Assembly: GCA_030039195.1 (NCBI GenBank) | Contig: JASHQK010000509.1 | Coordinates: forward strand, 1 to 58,483 | Length of the DNA stretch: 58,483 bases | Reading direction: 5' to 3' | DNA from: Candidatus Sulfotelmatobacter sp. | GTDB taxonomy: Bacteria > Acidobacteriota > Terriglobia > Terriglobales > Acidobacteriaceae | Part shown: positions 45,287 to 55,711 of the stretch, in pieces | Layout of the letters: each line of letters opens with the position of its first letter | Numbering within the stretch: the first letter of the stretch is position 1 | The notes under the pieces: model-generated | What the model was told of the DNA's origin: nothing | The model's input: the letters and a program-made list of their open reading frames with translations, nothing else | Database searches by the model: none | Made by a program: the position numbers and the translations under genes

Positions 45287-45550
45287 GCCAGACCTCCATC
45301 AACGGATGTCCTCTACGACTCAGGATACCGCTGTTCTGCGAGCAGGCAAGTTCATGTCTGGAGGAAAGGGTTACTCTAGACACTTAGAGTCCGAACCCCA
45401 TTCGCACTGAATTTCGATTACTGAACTCAGGCCATAGGAACTCAAAGCCCCTCACCGAAGGGTCTGCCTGACAGTAGCGACACTCGTCAGAGAACATTGC
45501 GTGCGAGGAGGCTCGCAATGATCTTTATACCTGCGCTGACGAGCATCTCC

Positions 45551-46636
45551 TTACCTCGATAAGAATCGAGGTTCTTCTTCACCGCGCAACACTCGCAGCA
45601 CACCCTCCGCGAGCGCCCGCAGCTCGTCATCTCCAGGGTAGACTCTAATCGGAGCGATCCAATGCGCATAGTCGCTGATCGCCGTCACCACCAACTCTGA
45701 ATGCGCCATGCCACCGGTTACCAGCAAAACATCCACCCGCCCGCGTAGAACCGCAGCCATTGCTCCAATTTCTTTTCCGATCTGATAGATCATGGCTTCG
45801 AATACGCCCCTTGCTCGTAGGTCTCCCGACTTGATGCGTTGCTCCACTTCAGTCAGATCCCTGGTACCTAGATAGGAATACAACCCACCATCGCGAAACA
45901 GCAGCCGTTCTATGTCAGACTGGCTGTATCTGCCTTCAAAGCAAAGACGGACGAGTTGCATGGCCGGAACACCGCCGGCACGCTCGGTCGAGAACGCGCC
46001 TTCCTCGCGGGAATTGGTTACGTCCACCATGCGACCGCTCGCGTGTGCCGAAACTGAAATGCCGCTGCCAAGATGCACGACGATCAGCCGTAACGATTCA
46101 TACTTGTTCCCGCACTCGTGCGCATACCGCTTTGCCACTGCCTTGGAATTCAAAGCGTGGGACAAGCTTTGCCGCTCCAGAAGGACCGAGCCCGATAACC
46201 GGGCGTGTTCGGTCAGTTCATCGACGCTTACTGGATCAACCACATATGCCGGCACGTCGGCTTTCTGCGCTATGTTATGAGCAAGAAAGGCTCCCAAGTT
46301 CGATGCATGTTCGCCGCGCTTGGCCAGGCGCAGCTCAGCAAGCATGACTTCATTCACAACATAGGTTCCGCCATGCAAGGGGGGCAGAAGACCGCCGCGA
46401 CCAGCCACTGCATGCAGTGAGCTGGGGTTGCATTCGGCTTCGTTGAGCGCGGCTTCAATCGCCGCCGATCGAAACTGCTGCTGGTCAAGGATGCTACCTC
46501 CTCGAAACATCTCCAATTCTGCGTCTGAATGCCTGATGTTTTTAACGAACCGGGGCGCGTCATTCAAGTACACGGCCAACTTGGTTGAGGTCGAACCCGG
46601 ATTGATAGCAACAATAGTGAATTCACCGGGCGGCAA
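45551..46636 (-). CDS. buk: Butyrate kinase
   Basis: 361 aa; IVAINPGSTSTKLAVY N-terminus and ASKHA-fold motifs; 14-nt overlap with ptb. Confidence 0.9.
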   Translation of the reverse strand: MPPGEFTIVAINPGSTSTKLAVYLNDAPRFVKNIRHSDAELEMFRGGSILDQQQFRSAAIEAALNEAECNPSSLHAVAGRGGLLPPLHGGTYVVNEVMLAELRLAKRGEHASNLGAFLAHNIAQKADVPAYVVDPVSVDELTEHARLSGSVLLERQSLSHALNSKAVAKRYAHECGNKYESLRLIVVHLGSGISVSAHASGRMVDVTNSREEGAFSTERAGGVPAMQLVRLCFEGRYSQSDIERLLFRDGGLYSYLGTRDLTEVEQRIKSGDLRARGVFEAMIYQIGKEIGAMAAVLRGRVDVLLVTGGMAHSELVVTAISDYAHWIAPIRVYPGDDELRALAEGVLRVLRGEEEPRFLSR

Positions 46637-47513
46637 GGATCACCCCCAGGGCAATGGAATTGATCTTGTCATCGACGCTCTCCACGCGTGAGGGAATGAG
46701 GATCGGCACCTTGGAGCCAACCACAACGTGCGCGCACTGCGAGCCGCCCAAGTACTTCGCTGATTTGCCCAGCAGGTTCCCGGCCTCGATATTGGGCACA
46801 ACCATGCAATCCGCTTGCCCTGCCACGCTGTGCACAATACCTTTCGTCCGTGCCGCCGATTCCAGCAGCGCACAATCGAGGGCGAGCGGACCGAACACCT
46901 CAACATCCCCGAACTCACCCGTCTCCGACATTGCTGTAAGCAGTCTTGCATCGATACTCGATGGTATGGACTCGGTAACTGCTTCGGTGGCGCTCATGAT
47001 GGCAATCTTCGGGCGTTTTCTGCCGAGGCGGTGCAAGAGCTCTGCTGCGTTGCGCACAATTTGCTCCTTTTGATCCAGATCAGGCGCCACATTCAGACCG
47101 CCGTCGGTAATACCGACAAGCCGTGGCTCACCCGCGAGCCTGTCTTCGTAGAGCAGCACGTCGCTCAACAGACGTCCTGTGCGTAAACCGGCTTCTTTGC
47201 GCAGTATGGCTCGCAGGAGTTCGTCAGTTCGCAGGTGTCCCTTGAGCAAGAGGTCCACTCCGCCCCGGCCCGCCATTTGCGCTGCTATCGGAGCAGCATC
47301 ATCCGTATCGATGTACTCTGCGCGGGAAGACATGCGGGACAATTTCAGAGCCTCCATCTTTTCCCGCACCTTGCGCTCATTGCCGATCAGCACTGGGAAG
47401 GCAATCCCCAAATCCAAAGCAGCATCTGCGGCGGCCAGCGCGACATCGTCGTCAGCGACAACAATGCCAACTCGCTTCGGGCCCAACGGCTGGGCCGCCA
47501 AACGCAATTCCAT
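46623..47513 (-). CDS. ptb: Phosphate butyryltransferase (PTA_PTB family)
   Basis: GIVVADDD..., LLKGHLRTDELLRAIL, GVILAAR; start taken at MELRLAA. Confidence 0.85.
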   Translation of the reverse strand: MELRLAAQPLGPKRVGIVVADDDVALAAADAALDLGIAFPVLIGNERKVREKMEALKLSRMSSRAEYIDTDDAAPIAAQMAGRGGVDLLLKGHLRTDELLRAILRKEAGLRTGRLLSDVLLYEDRLAGEPRLVGITDGGLNVAPDLDQKEQIVRNAAELLHRLGRKRPKIAIMSATEAVTESIPSSIDARLLTAMSETGEFGDVEVFGPLALDCALLESAARTKGIVHSVAGQADCMVVPNIEAGNLLGKSAKYLGGSQCAHVVVGSKVPILIPSRVESVDDKINSIALGVILAAR

Positions 47514-47709
47514 AAAACTTCTCACCCCGCACCTGCCATAAGGAGCAATTTCGAGATCATGATGTTCATTGCGAGAGGCTTTTGCTCGCAAAAAATGAGA
47601 CCGGCGGCGTCCGGCCGAGCAGTTGGCAGTAAAGTTCTCTCGGGTGGGTGCAACGCGAAGCCGTAATTCCCGCTTGCGTGTCCCTCCTCCTGCGGTACTT
47701 CAAAGATCA

Positions 47710-48264
47710 TCAGGCTGCAATTCGGGCACTGTACGGATCAAGTTCCCGGGCTATGCTCATTGCCCAAGTCTCGATCTCGTTCCAGTCGCGGAAATCGCCC
47801 ACTGGGTATTTGGGCGCGTTATTGCGGTTAGCAAGCAATTTCAGCTTTAGCCGATGAATGAAGCCGAGCTTGTTGGGATCCAATGCGCCGAAGAAGAAGC
47901 AGTGACCCTTAGGTTTGATCGTGCTTCTGAACTCCGCGATCTCTTCCGGTGTGGCTCTAGCATGCGGGCACGGGCGTTCAGAGTCATCAGCACTAGAGCC
48001 TAATGTACCGCTACTGAAAATCCAGACTGGCAGCTTAGCAAGAGTATCTCGGTTGCGGCGCACGAACTTTGTAGCGGACTTCATCCAGTGGTCGTCGTAC
48101 ATGGCGCTGCCGATCACAGCAACGTCGTAACGTATTGGGTCATCCGCACGTTGGGCAGGCTGCACTGTAGTATCTAGACCGTGCCTGCCCAGCGTGAAGG
48201 CGATGCGCCCTGCGATCTCCCGCGTGGCTCCATAACGACTTGCGTAGACAATGAGGACTCGCAT
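47710..48264 (-). CDS. Flavodoxin-domain protein (HemG-like)
   Basis: MRVLIVYASRYGATREIA... flavodoxin_5-type N-terminus; SD AAGGAGGA. Confidence 0.75.
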   Translation of the reverse strand: MRVLIVYASRYGATREIAGRIAFTLGRHGLDTTVQPAQRADDPIRYDVAVIGSAMYDDHWMKSATKFVRRNRDTLAKLPVWIFSSGTLGSSADDSERPCPHARATPEEIAEFRSTIKPKGHCFFFGALDPNKLGFIHRLKLKLLANRNNAPKYPVGDFRDWNEIETWAMSIARELDPYSARIAA

Positions 48265-48327
48265 TTTTCCATCCTCCTTTCCCAAACGCAATAGCGCAAC
48301 AAGACGCCTTCACCCTCAAGCTGCCCC

Positions 48328-49638
48328 TTAAAGTGAAGCGGAGGCAAGAACTCCACGCTGACCAATCGGCACGAACTGCCGGGTTTCGTGCCCAGTGTAA
48401 ACTTGCCGCGGACGAGCGATCTTCTGCTCCGTGTCGCTCAACATTTCCTGCCATTGTGCCAACCAACCCACAGTGCGCGGAATCGCAAACAGCACCGTGA
48501 ACATTTCCGGCTTGAATCCCATGGCTTGGTAAATGATCCCAGAATAGAAATCCACGTTGGGGTAGAGCTTGCGTGAAACGAAGTATTCGTCCTCCAATGC
48601 GATCCGCTCCAACTCGAGAGCGATATCCAACTTGGGATTGCGACCCGTTACCTGGAACACTTGTTCGGCTGTCCACTTAATGATCTTGGCGCGTGGGTCA
48701 TAGTTCTTATAGATCCGGTGCCCAAAGCCCATCAGCTTGCCGTGTCCGTCTTTCACTTTCTTGATATAGGCGGGCACGTTTTCCTTGGAGCCGATTTCGT
48801 CGAGCATTTTCAGAACTTCCTCGTTCGCTCCGCCGTGCAACGGACCGGACAAAGCCGCAGCGGCGGCGGCCGTGGTTAGGTAAGGATCCGCGTGCGCACT
48901 GCCGACCGACCGCATGACATTCGCGCTGCAGTTCTGTTCATGGTCCGCATGCAGGATGAACAGGATGTCGAGAGCGCGCGCCAGCACCGGATTGGCCACA
49001 TATTTCGGCTCGACCATCTTCCACAGCATGTTCATGAAGTTCTCGGTATAGCTCAGGTCGTTGTCTGGATACACGTAGGGGAAACCCAGGCTGTGCCGGT
49101 ACGACATCGCCGCAATCGATGGCATCTTGCCGATCAACCGCTTCATCTGCAGCAGGCGATTGTTCAGGTCGTAAATCTCTCTTGCTTCCGGATAGACGGT
49201 CGACAACGCCGCCACTGTGCTCACCAGCATAGCCATCGGATGGGCATCGTACCGGAAACCCTCCATGAACTTCTTGGTCGTCTCGTGCAACATGGTATGG
49301 TGCGTGATGTCATTTACCCACTGTTTGAGTTCGATATCGGTCGGTAGATCCCCGAAGAGCAACAAGTAAGCTACTTCAAGGAAGGTGCAGCGCTCGGCCA
49401 ACAGTTCGATGGGATAGCCGCGATAGCGCAAGATGCCACGTTCACCATCGATAAATGTAATGCTGCTCTGGCAGGAAGCGGTGTTCATAAAAGCGGGATC
49501 ATAGGTCATGAGTCCGAAATCTTCTGGGCCGGTCCTGATCTGACGAAAGTCCATCGCCCGGATGGTTCCTTGATCGATGGACAGGGTGTAAGTCCTGTTA
49601 GTGCGACTGTCAGTAATAGCGAGAGTGTCTTGTGCCAT
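48328..49638 (-). CDS. gltA: Citrate synthase
   Basis: 436 aa; ILHADHEQNCS, GPLHGGANE, GFGHRIYK motifs. Confidence 0.95.
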   Translation of the reverse strand: MAQDTLAITDSRTNRTYTLSIDQGTIRAMDFRQIRTGPEDFGLMTYDPAFMNTASCQSSITFIDGERGILRYRGYPIELLAERCTFLEVAYLLLFGDLPTDIELKQWVNDITHHTMLHETTKKFMEGFRYDAHPMAMLVSTVAALSTVYPEAREIYDLNNRLLQMKRLIGKMPSIAAMSYRHSLGFPYVYPDNDLSYTENFMNMLWKMVEPKYVANPVLARALDILFILHADHEQNCSANVMRSVGSAHADPYLTTAAAAAALSGPLHGGANEEVLKMLDEIGSKENVPAYIKKVKDGHGKLMGFGHRIYKNYDPRAKIIKWTAEQVFQVTGRNPKLDIALELERIALEDEYFVSRKLYPNVDFYSGIIYQAMGFKPEMFTVLFAIPRTVGWLAQWQEMLSDTEQKIARPRQVYTGHETRQFVPIGQRGVLASASL

Positions 49639-49729
49639 GCCAATTACCTCCTGTGCCTACTAAAACTCCTGCCACAATAAGGCTGAGCATGGCGAATGCT
49701 ACAGGGGCCTCGTCATACCCAGCGGGAAA

Positions 49730-50656
49730 CTAAGCCGCTATTGACGTTACTAACTCTCTGACGGCTTTCGCGCTGTTTTCGAGCGCAGTCTGCTCTTGCA
49801 AGGTCAGTTTGATTTCTACAATCTGTTCGATGCCGCGTTCTCCCAGCTTGCACGGCACACCGACGAACAATCCGTTGATGCCATATTCACCTTGTAAGTA
49901 TGCAGCGCAAGGCAGAATCTTCTTCTTATCCTTGAGTATGGCCTCCACCATTTCGGCTACGGCAGCTCCCGGGGCATAGTAGGCGCTGCCTGTCTTCAGA
50001 TACTTGACGATTTCTGCGCCACCGTCTCGGGTGCGTTGCACTAACCGCTGGATGGTTGCCGCATCTAACAACTCGGTAAGAGGAATGCCTGCCACCGTCG
50101 AGTAGCGCGGCAGAGGAACCATCGTGTCACCGTGACCGCCCAGCACAAACGCCGTGACGTTCTCCACGCTGACTTTCATTTCCTCGGCGATAAATGCACG
50201 AAAGCGAGCCGAGTCGAGAACGCCAGCCATGCCAATTACGCGTTCGCGCGGGAAACGGCTGATTTCGTAGGCAGCCTGCGCCATCGCGTCCAGCGGATTG
50301 GAGACGACGAGTAGGATGCATCTGGGTGAGTACTGAACGGCCTTACTGACCGCATCCTTTACGATCTTGTAGTTGGTAGCCAGCAGATCATCGCGGCTCA
50401 TGCCGGGCTTGCGCGGAACGCCAGCGGTAATGACGACAAGATCCGAGTTTGCCGTTTCGATGTAGTCTTGTGTGCCGCACACGCCTACATCCTTGTTTTC
50501 AATGGGCATGGCCTGGAGCAAATCAAGACCCTTGCCCTGCGGAAGGCCTTCGATGACATCGACGAGTACGATGTCGGCCAGTTCCTTGGACGCAATCCAG
50601 TGTGCAGTCGTGGCACCCACATTCCCCGAGCCGATGATCGTCACTTTTCTGTGCAT
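49730..50656 (-). CDS. mdh: Malate dehydrogenase (LDH-like MDH)
   Basis: [40 protein letters not shown]. Confidence 0.95.
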   Translation of the reverse strand: MHRKVTIIGSGNVGATTAHWIASKELADIVLVDVIEGLPQGKGLDLLQAMPIENKDVGVCGTQDYIETANSDLVVITAGVPRKPGMSRDDLLATNYKIVKDAVSKAVQYSPRCILLVVSNPLDAMAQAAYEISRFPRERVIGMAGVLDSARFRAFIAEEMKVSVENVTAFVLGGHGDTMVPLPRYSTVAGIPLTELLDAATIQRLVQRTRDGGAEIVKYLKTGSAYYAPGAAVAEMVEAILKDKKKILPCAAYLQGEYGINGLFVGVPCKLGERGIEQIVEIKLTLQEQTALENSAKAVRELVTSIAA

Positions 50657-50844
50657 ATGACTGCCTCTCGTAATTTTCGTTCCGCACTCCCCTAGTCTTC
50701 ACATAAGGAAATGGCCCAACGCACCACTCGGGAGAGCGTCCTTAATCGTTTCCAGGAGTTGCATCACAGTAGCGCGTTGCAGTGAGCATCGACCTCCTTG
50801 GAAGAGCCTTCGCGAGCGCCTTTGCGGCCCGGAACCACGGGTCA

Positions 50845-51363
50845 TCAGAAGAACTCGGAGCTTGACCCCGGTACTTCCGCCGAATACAGGTCGAGCAGAC
50901 GAAAGCGTGTCGCCTCCAAGCGCTGCCCAACAATGTCAATCGTCCGTCTGAGAAGCTCGTATCCAAGGTCATGGTTCTTTTGGCACTTCGTACGCAGGCA
51001 TGTTCCGTCCATCGCGATCGCGCGAACAGGCCCTGCTGCGCTCGCTGTGAAGTGCCACCTATAGGGTGGAACTAGCCAGGCCCAACCCAACACCTCTCCT
51101 TCGCTTACTGTCTCCACGGTGATTTTTCCGCCTTGAGGCGCAACAGTCTCAAGGGAAACGGCGCCTTCGCGGATAAGAAAAAACTTATTTGCCTCGCCTC
51201 CTTCCCGGAATAGGCGTTGTCCCGCTTCGAAGCGAACGTTTGAAGCACAACCGGTCAGAAGATCAACGTAGGCGGGTTCTAATTCTTTGCAGAAGGGGTG
51301 CTCGGCGACAATACTTCGAAGGTTTTCCATTCCGGCCCTCCCGGCAAGGATGGCCGATTGCAA
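50845..51363 (-). CDS. Stand-alone cyclic-nucleotide-binding domain protein
   Basis: RLFREGGEANKFFLIREGAVSLE...GEVLGWAWLVPPYRW; similar to the 34738 gene (GWSALIPPYRF). Confidence 0.8.
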   Translation of the reverse strand: MQSAILAGRAGMENLRSIVAEHPFCKELEPAYVDLLTGCASNVRFEAGQRLFREGGEANKFFLIREGAVSLETVAPQGGKITVETVSEGEVLGWAWLVPPYRWHFTASAAGPVRAIAMDGTCLRTKCQKNHDLGYELLRRTIDIVGQRLEATRFRLLDLYSAEVPGSSSEFF

Positions 51364-51672
51364 AAGTAAACAATCAGAAGCGGACCGTTAGCCCAAACGT
51401 CTCTCACGTTTTCGACTCGGTGTTCGCTCTCGCTACCTTGTGGTCTGATTGCAAAGCTACGCCGTCGCTAACTTCATACGTATCCCACCAAAAGATTCCT
51501 TGGTCTGTGTCGCGGATCACGGAATATTGTGAGTTGCAACACATGAAGTCGAGAGCACGCCACACGCAGCTGAGAATTGCAACACCGGAGTTGTGGTCTG
51601 CAACGATGGCGTGCCAGGTTTGGGCGGCGGATGTTTGTCCCGGCCGAGCGGCGGCCAGGCCGGAACGGCCAA

Positions 51673-51800
51673 TTAAGTCAGCACGATCTGGGAGAACCGA
51701 GATTCCAGCAATTCCCTCAGCTCCGCTGTGCCATTGGAGTAGGGAAGCGGATCAAGTTCCTTGAAGGCAGAAGTGAACGTCGTCTCTGCGCATACCGAAG
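51673..51800 (-). pseudogene. Remnant paralogous to 1282-1580
   Basis: ...TFTSAFKELDPLPYSNGTAELRELLESRFSQIVLT* aligns with ...STSAFKEL...ATAKLGEFLETRFSQSF*. An upstream in-frame stop and a frame change are present. Confidence 0.35.
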
Positions 51801-52275
51801 ACATCACCACTGATCACGGTGATCTGGACAGGCAAACGAATTGCCTGCAGAAGCCGTTCACGCACGAGGTGCTCGCAACAAGAGTGAGCGCTATTCTCAA
51901 TTCATAGAGCAATGGCTCGGCCACAGCGACATTGACCCGACGTTACGTCACCTGCGACCATCGGGTGTCGCCTAACGGTGCGGTGTTATTCCACGTCCCA
52001 AGAACGACAACCTAGATCAATGGCAAAACAGCCGCCACAACGACTCATCGTAGTCGCGAGCAGGTCCGTCTGGCGCTCGCTTCGGCTCCGTTCCTTGCGG
52101 TATATAGCAATGCAACCACAGCAGCACACTCTGACCGCCCGCGGTCGCGGGCAGTGCGGATTGCCGCAGCAGTTGCATCCCAAGCGGCTTCAGCGGTTCC
52201 GCCACGCTCGCTAGGACAACAGTGGAGAAGCATTGGTGAGATGGCGATAAATGGCTGGCCAGCAGGTCAAGGAGT

Positions 52276-52671
52276 CTATTGGCGAGGTGACGCTTTCAGC
52301 GTGTGAAGATAGAGGATGATGTCTTCGATACTCTCGTCGCTCAGGTTTCCTTCGAAAGGAGGCATGATGCCGCTCCGCCCCGTCAGTATCGTGGACCGGA
52401 CTATATCGTCCGTGGCGGATCGCCCGCTGGGAAGGAACTTATTGTCAAAAATGCCATGCAGGTCAGGAGGAATCTTCTCCATGTCGAGCCTTCGCCGGCC
52501 GTGGCAGCCGGCGCAGTGCATTTCGAACAAATGACTCCCGCGTGCGATGGCTTTCGCCCGGCGGCTTTCCGAGTAGGAACAGCCGGACGACCCGGGCAAC
52601 AAGAGGCCGAGGACGCACAGGCAGACGAACCATGGTTGGCGGGCCGAGGGTCTGCGGGTTGAGCGAAACAT
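52276..52671 (-). CDS. Monohaem class-I cytochrome c lipoprotein, last gene of the hydrogenase operon
   Basis: Lipobox PGSSGC; HCAGCH; GIMPPF Met-ligand region. Confidence 0.8.
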   Translation of the reverse strand: MFRSTRRPSARQPWFVCLCVLGLLLPGSSGCSYSESRRAKAIARGSHLFEMHCAGCHGRRRLDMEKIPPDLHGIFDNKFLPSGRSATDDIVRSTILTGRSGIMPPFEGNLSDESIEDIILYLHTLKASPRQ

Positions 52672-52699
52672 CTGCTACCAGCCCCGTGATCGCGCTTAT

Positions 52700-53197
52700 T
52701 TAACTATTGACGTCGACAATATTCGGATCCGCTTGCGGCAGCAACTCCCGTATGGTGGCTTCGACCAGATAATCGAAGGTGGCTGCAACGGCGGGCGACA
52801 AGTCACAGGACCAATTAGTGCTCCCTGGCTGCACTCCCAGTAGCACTACCTCCGGTTGCCGCTCGGCAAGCACTCGCAACGCAACCAGCAAATCAGAAAC
52901 TCCTAATTGGTGGACGCTGCTATTTCCGGGTAGAGAATTGAGTTCCTCCCCAAACATCCGGACTACCGTGCCCGGAGGCTCACCAACATCAACGGCATCG
53001 ATCACAATCAGGCGAGCGCAATCCCAGACATAAGGAAGCAATTCCAGGCCCAGCGTTCCGCCCTCCACGAGCGAGACATCAGCGGGCACTCTGGGGTCCG
53101 AGCGCAACCGTGCGATGGTCTGTGCTCCCGCACCGTCATCGCTATGGAGTATGTTGCCCAGCCCCAGCACCACCGTCTTGGCAGATTCGGCGCTCAT
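52700..53197 (-). CDS. hupD: [NiFe] hydrogenase maturation endopeptidase
   Basis: VVLGLGNILHSDDGAG...HQLG motifs of the HyaD/HybD family. Confidence 0.9.
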   Translation of the reverse strand: MSAESAKTVVLGLGNILHSDDGAGAQTIARLRSDPRVPADVSLVEGGTLGLELLPYVWDCARLIVIDAVDVGEPPGTVVRMFGEELNSLPGNSSVHQLGVSDLLVALRVLAERQPEVVLLGVQPGSTNWSCDLSPAVAATFDYLVEATIRELLPQADPNIVDVNS

Positions 53198-53938
53198 TTA
53201 TTTCCGCGGCAGCATCGCGTCTTCTTCCAGCTCATGCCGGGGGACGAATTTGTATCCGGTGAAAATGCTTTCGATGAGCCCGTTGCGTTCTTCCCACGAG
53301 ACCAGCACGGCGCTGTACACATGGTGAATCACAAACGCGAAAAACGTAAACATGATGCAGAAGTGCATCAGCCGCAAGTACTGGATGTCGATCACGCCCG
53401 GTATCCAGCGGAACAGCCACCCCAACAACCAGGAACCACGAACCCAGGTATACAGCGTCAGGCCAGTGATGATCTCGACGAGCATGAAGGTGAACATCAG
53501 CAGATAGGTAACCGCAGCCAGCGCATTGTGACCCACGTGATGCACAAGGTCTTTTCTGAGAAAGCTGTAATAGGCCACCATGTTCCCCATGCCGCGCCAC
53601 TGCCGTTTCTTGATCGGCCAGAACGAACGCCAGCTCGACCAGTCGTTGCCGACAAAGAACCAGTACATGCGCAGCAGAAATGCACTGATGAACACCGACC
53701 CAGCCACTAAATGGATGAACCGCATCCTTGCCATCAGAAACTGAGTGCTGCTAGTCGCCACAATGAACGGATCGTGCATGTAATAGCCTGTGAAGGAGAG
53801 CACGGCTATGGAAAGAACTATGAACCAGTGCGAAACCCGCACCGGCAATTCCCAGACATAAGTGCGCACGGGCAATGTGGTGGGGTACGGCCGATGCGCC
53901 TCGCTCCAAGCATGTTGTCCTGGTGCCAACGAGCCCAT
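53198..53938 (-). CDS. hupC: Ni/Fe-hydrogenase b-type cytochrome subunit
   Basis: 246 aa, four TMs with conserved His (RVSHW..., HLVAG..., HHVYSA). Confidence 0.9.
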   Translation of the reverse strand: MGSLAPGQHAWSEAHRPYPTTLPVRTYVWELPVRVSHWFIVLSIAVLSFTGYYMHDPFIVATSSTQFLMARMRFIHLVAGSVFISAFLLRMYWFFVGNDWSSWRSFWPIKKRQWRGMGNMVAYYSFLRKDLVHHVGHNALAAVTYLLMFTFMLVEIITGLTLYTWVRGSWLLGWLFRWIPGVIDIQYLRLMHFCIMFTFFAFVIHHVYSAVLVSWEERNGLIESIFTGYKFVPRHELEEDAMLPRK

Positions 53939-53974
53939 GGCAGGCCTCCTTTCCCTGTAACGTGCGGTCCGGCC

Positions 53975-55687
53975 TTAACTCACCTTCACCGGCGTGTACT
54001 TTCTCCCCCGCGCATCCACCACATGCACGGCACATGCTAGGCACGGGTCAAACGAATGTACCGTCCGCAAAATCTCTACCGGACGCTCCGGATCTGCGAC
54101 CGGGGTCTTCAACAAGGCTGCCTCGTACGCGCCGCGCTGTCCTTTGCCATCCCGCGGCCCGGCATTCCACGTCGTCGGTACCACGCACTGGTAGTTCTTG
54201 ATCTTCATGTCTTCGATCTCAACCCAGTGGCCCAGCGATCCCCGCGGTGCCTCGTGGAATCCCCAGCCCTGCGCCTGTTTCGGCCAGGTATCCGGATCCC
54301 ACTTTTCGCCGTTGTGAACCCGCAGGTCGCCGTGCCCGAGCTTGTCGCCCAATTCGGCGACCCACTTCACTACCTGCCCCGCCATCACCTTGGCTTCGAT
54401 CGCCCGTGCGGCGATGCGTCCCAACGTAGAGAACAAGGCTGTGGCCGGAGCATTCAGGTGAGCCAGCACACTGTCGACCACGGGCTTTACGTCCGGATGC
54501 CCCGAGGCGTAGGCGACGAGCATCCGTGACAGTGGACCAACTTCCATCGGATGGTCCTGATACCGCGGCGCCTTCAGCCACGAGTACTTCTTGTCCACAT
54601 CCAGATGTTCGAACGGAGGCTTCGGCCCGGTGTACGTCGGCCTGGTCTCGCCCTGATACGGATTCTTGCCGTTCTGATCGCCGTCCCCGTACTCATACCA
54701 GGAATGAGTCACGTACTCCGACACATTCGCCGGGTCGACCCGGTGCACCTTCGAGAGATCGTGACCGAAAATTGCTCCGCGCTGCAGGTAGAACCGCGCC
54801 GGATCTTTCACACCGCCTTGCGGATAGTCGCCATAAGAAAGGAAGTTTCCAAGCCCTTCGCCATACCCGAACCAGTCGCGGTAGAAATTGGCGACGGCCA
54901 GCACATCCGGCACGTACACCTGATCCACAAAAGCCTGCGCCTTCGCCGCCAGTTCGGTCAGGAATGTGATCCGCTCGGGATTGATGGTCGCGCCCGGCTC
55001 ATCAGGATCCATCGAGGTCGACATTCCGCCGACGAGATAAGTCTGCAGGTGGGGATTTTTCCCGCCGAGCACGGCGTGAATGCGGATGTAGTCTTTCTGG
55101 AATTCCAGTGCCTCGATGTAGTGGGCCACTGCCAGCAGGTTCGCTTCGGGTGGCAGATGATAAGCCGGATGCCCCCAATATCCGCTGCTGAACAAGCTCA
55201 GCTGCTTGCTCTCCACCAGCGCCTTCACCCGGTCCTGAATTGCCTTGAAGTAGTTCTTGCTTGATTTTGGCCACGGAGAAATCGACTCCGCCAGTTGCGA
55301 AGTCTTTGTCGGGTCCGCTTTGAGTGCGAGCGTCACGTCGACCCAGTCAAGCGCGTGCAGGTGGTAGAAATGGATGACGTGGTCCTGCACATACTGGCTG
55401 GCGCCGATGATGTTGCGGATCAGATTCGCATTTTCCGGCACTTCGATGCCCAGCGCGTCCTCGACGGCCCGCACGGAAGTCAGCGCATGCACGGTGGTAC
55501 AGACGCCGCAGATGCGCTGCGTCCAGATCCACGCCTCGCGCGGATCGCGCCCGCGCAGGATCAGCTCGATCCCGCGGAACATCGTTCCCGAGCTCCAGGC
55601 ATCGGTGACCGCGCCGCCGTTCACTTCGGCTTCAATGCGGAGATGGCCTTCAATGCGCGTCACTGGATCGACTACGATGCGTGCCAT
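53975..55687 (-). CDS. hupL: [NiFe] hydrogenase large subunit (membrane-bound uptake type)
   Basis: DPVTRIEGHLRIE, RICGVCTTVHAL, C-terminal DPCLACAVHVVD. Confidence 0.95.
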   Translation of the reverse strand: MARIVVDPVTRIEGHLRIEAEVNGGAVTDAWSSGTMFRGIELILRGRDPREAWIWTQRICGVCTTVHALTSVRAVEDALGIEVPENANLIRNIIGASQYVQDHVIHFYHLHALDWVDVTLALKADPTKTSQLAESISPWPKSSKNYFKAIQDRVKALVESKQLSLFSSGYWGHPAYHLPPEANLLAVAHYIEALEFQKDYIRIHAVLGGKNPHLQTYLVGGMSTSMDPDEPGATINPERITFLTELAAKAQAFVDQVYVPDVLAVANFYRDWFGYGEGLGNFLSYGDYPQGGVKDPARFYLQRGAIFGHDLSKVHRVDPANVSEYVTHSWYEYGDGDQNGKNPYQGETRPTYTGPKPPFEHLDVDKKYSWLKAPRYQDHPMEVGPLSRMLVAYASGHPDVKPVVDSVLAHLNAPATALFSTLGRIAARAIEAKVMAGQVVKWVAELGDKLGHGDLRVHNGEKWDPDTWPKQAQGWGFHEAPRGSLGHWVEIEDMKIKNYQCVVPTTWNAGPRDGKGQRGAYEAALLKTPVADPERPVEILRTVHSFDPCLACAVHVVDARGRKYTPVKVS

Positions 55688-55711
55688 ATGCGCCTCCTCT
55701 GCTGCCTACTC

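Noticed and set aside
52017-52298. Open minus-strand frame (…LLDLLASHLS…AEPLKPLGMQLLRQSALPATAGGQSVLLWLHCYIPQG…) downstream of the hydrogenase-operon cytochrome c. I considered it as a possible hup/hyp accessory gene remnant.
   Set aside because: It has no ATG or SD and no motif I can assign to HypA-F/HupF-K families. Three overlapping ORFs in different frames suggest noise. It needs a BLASTX search to decide.
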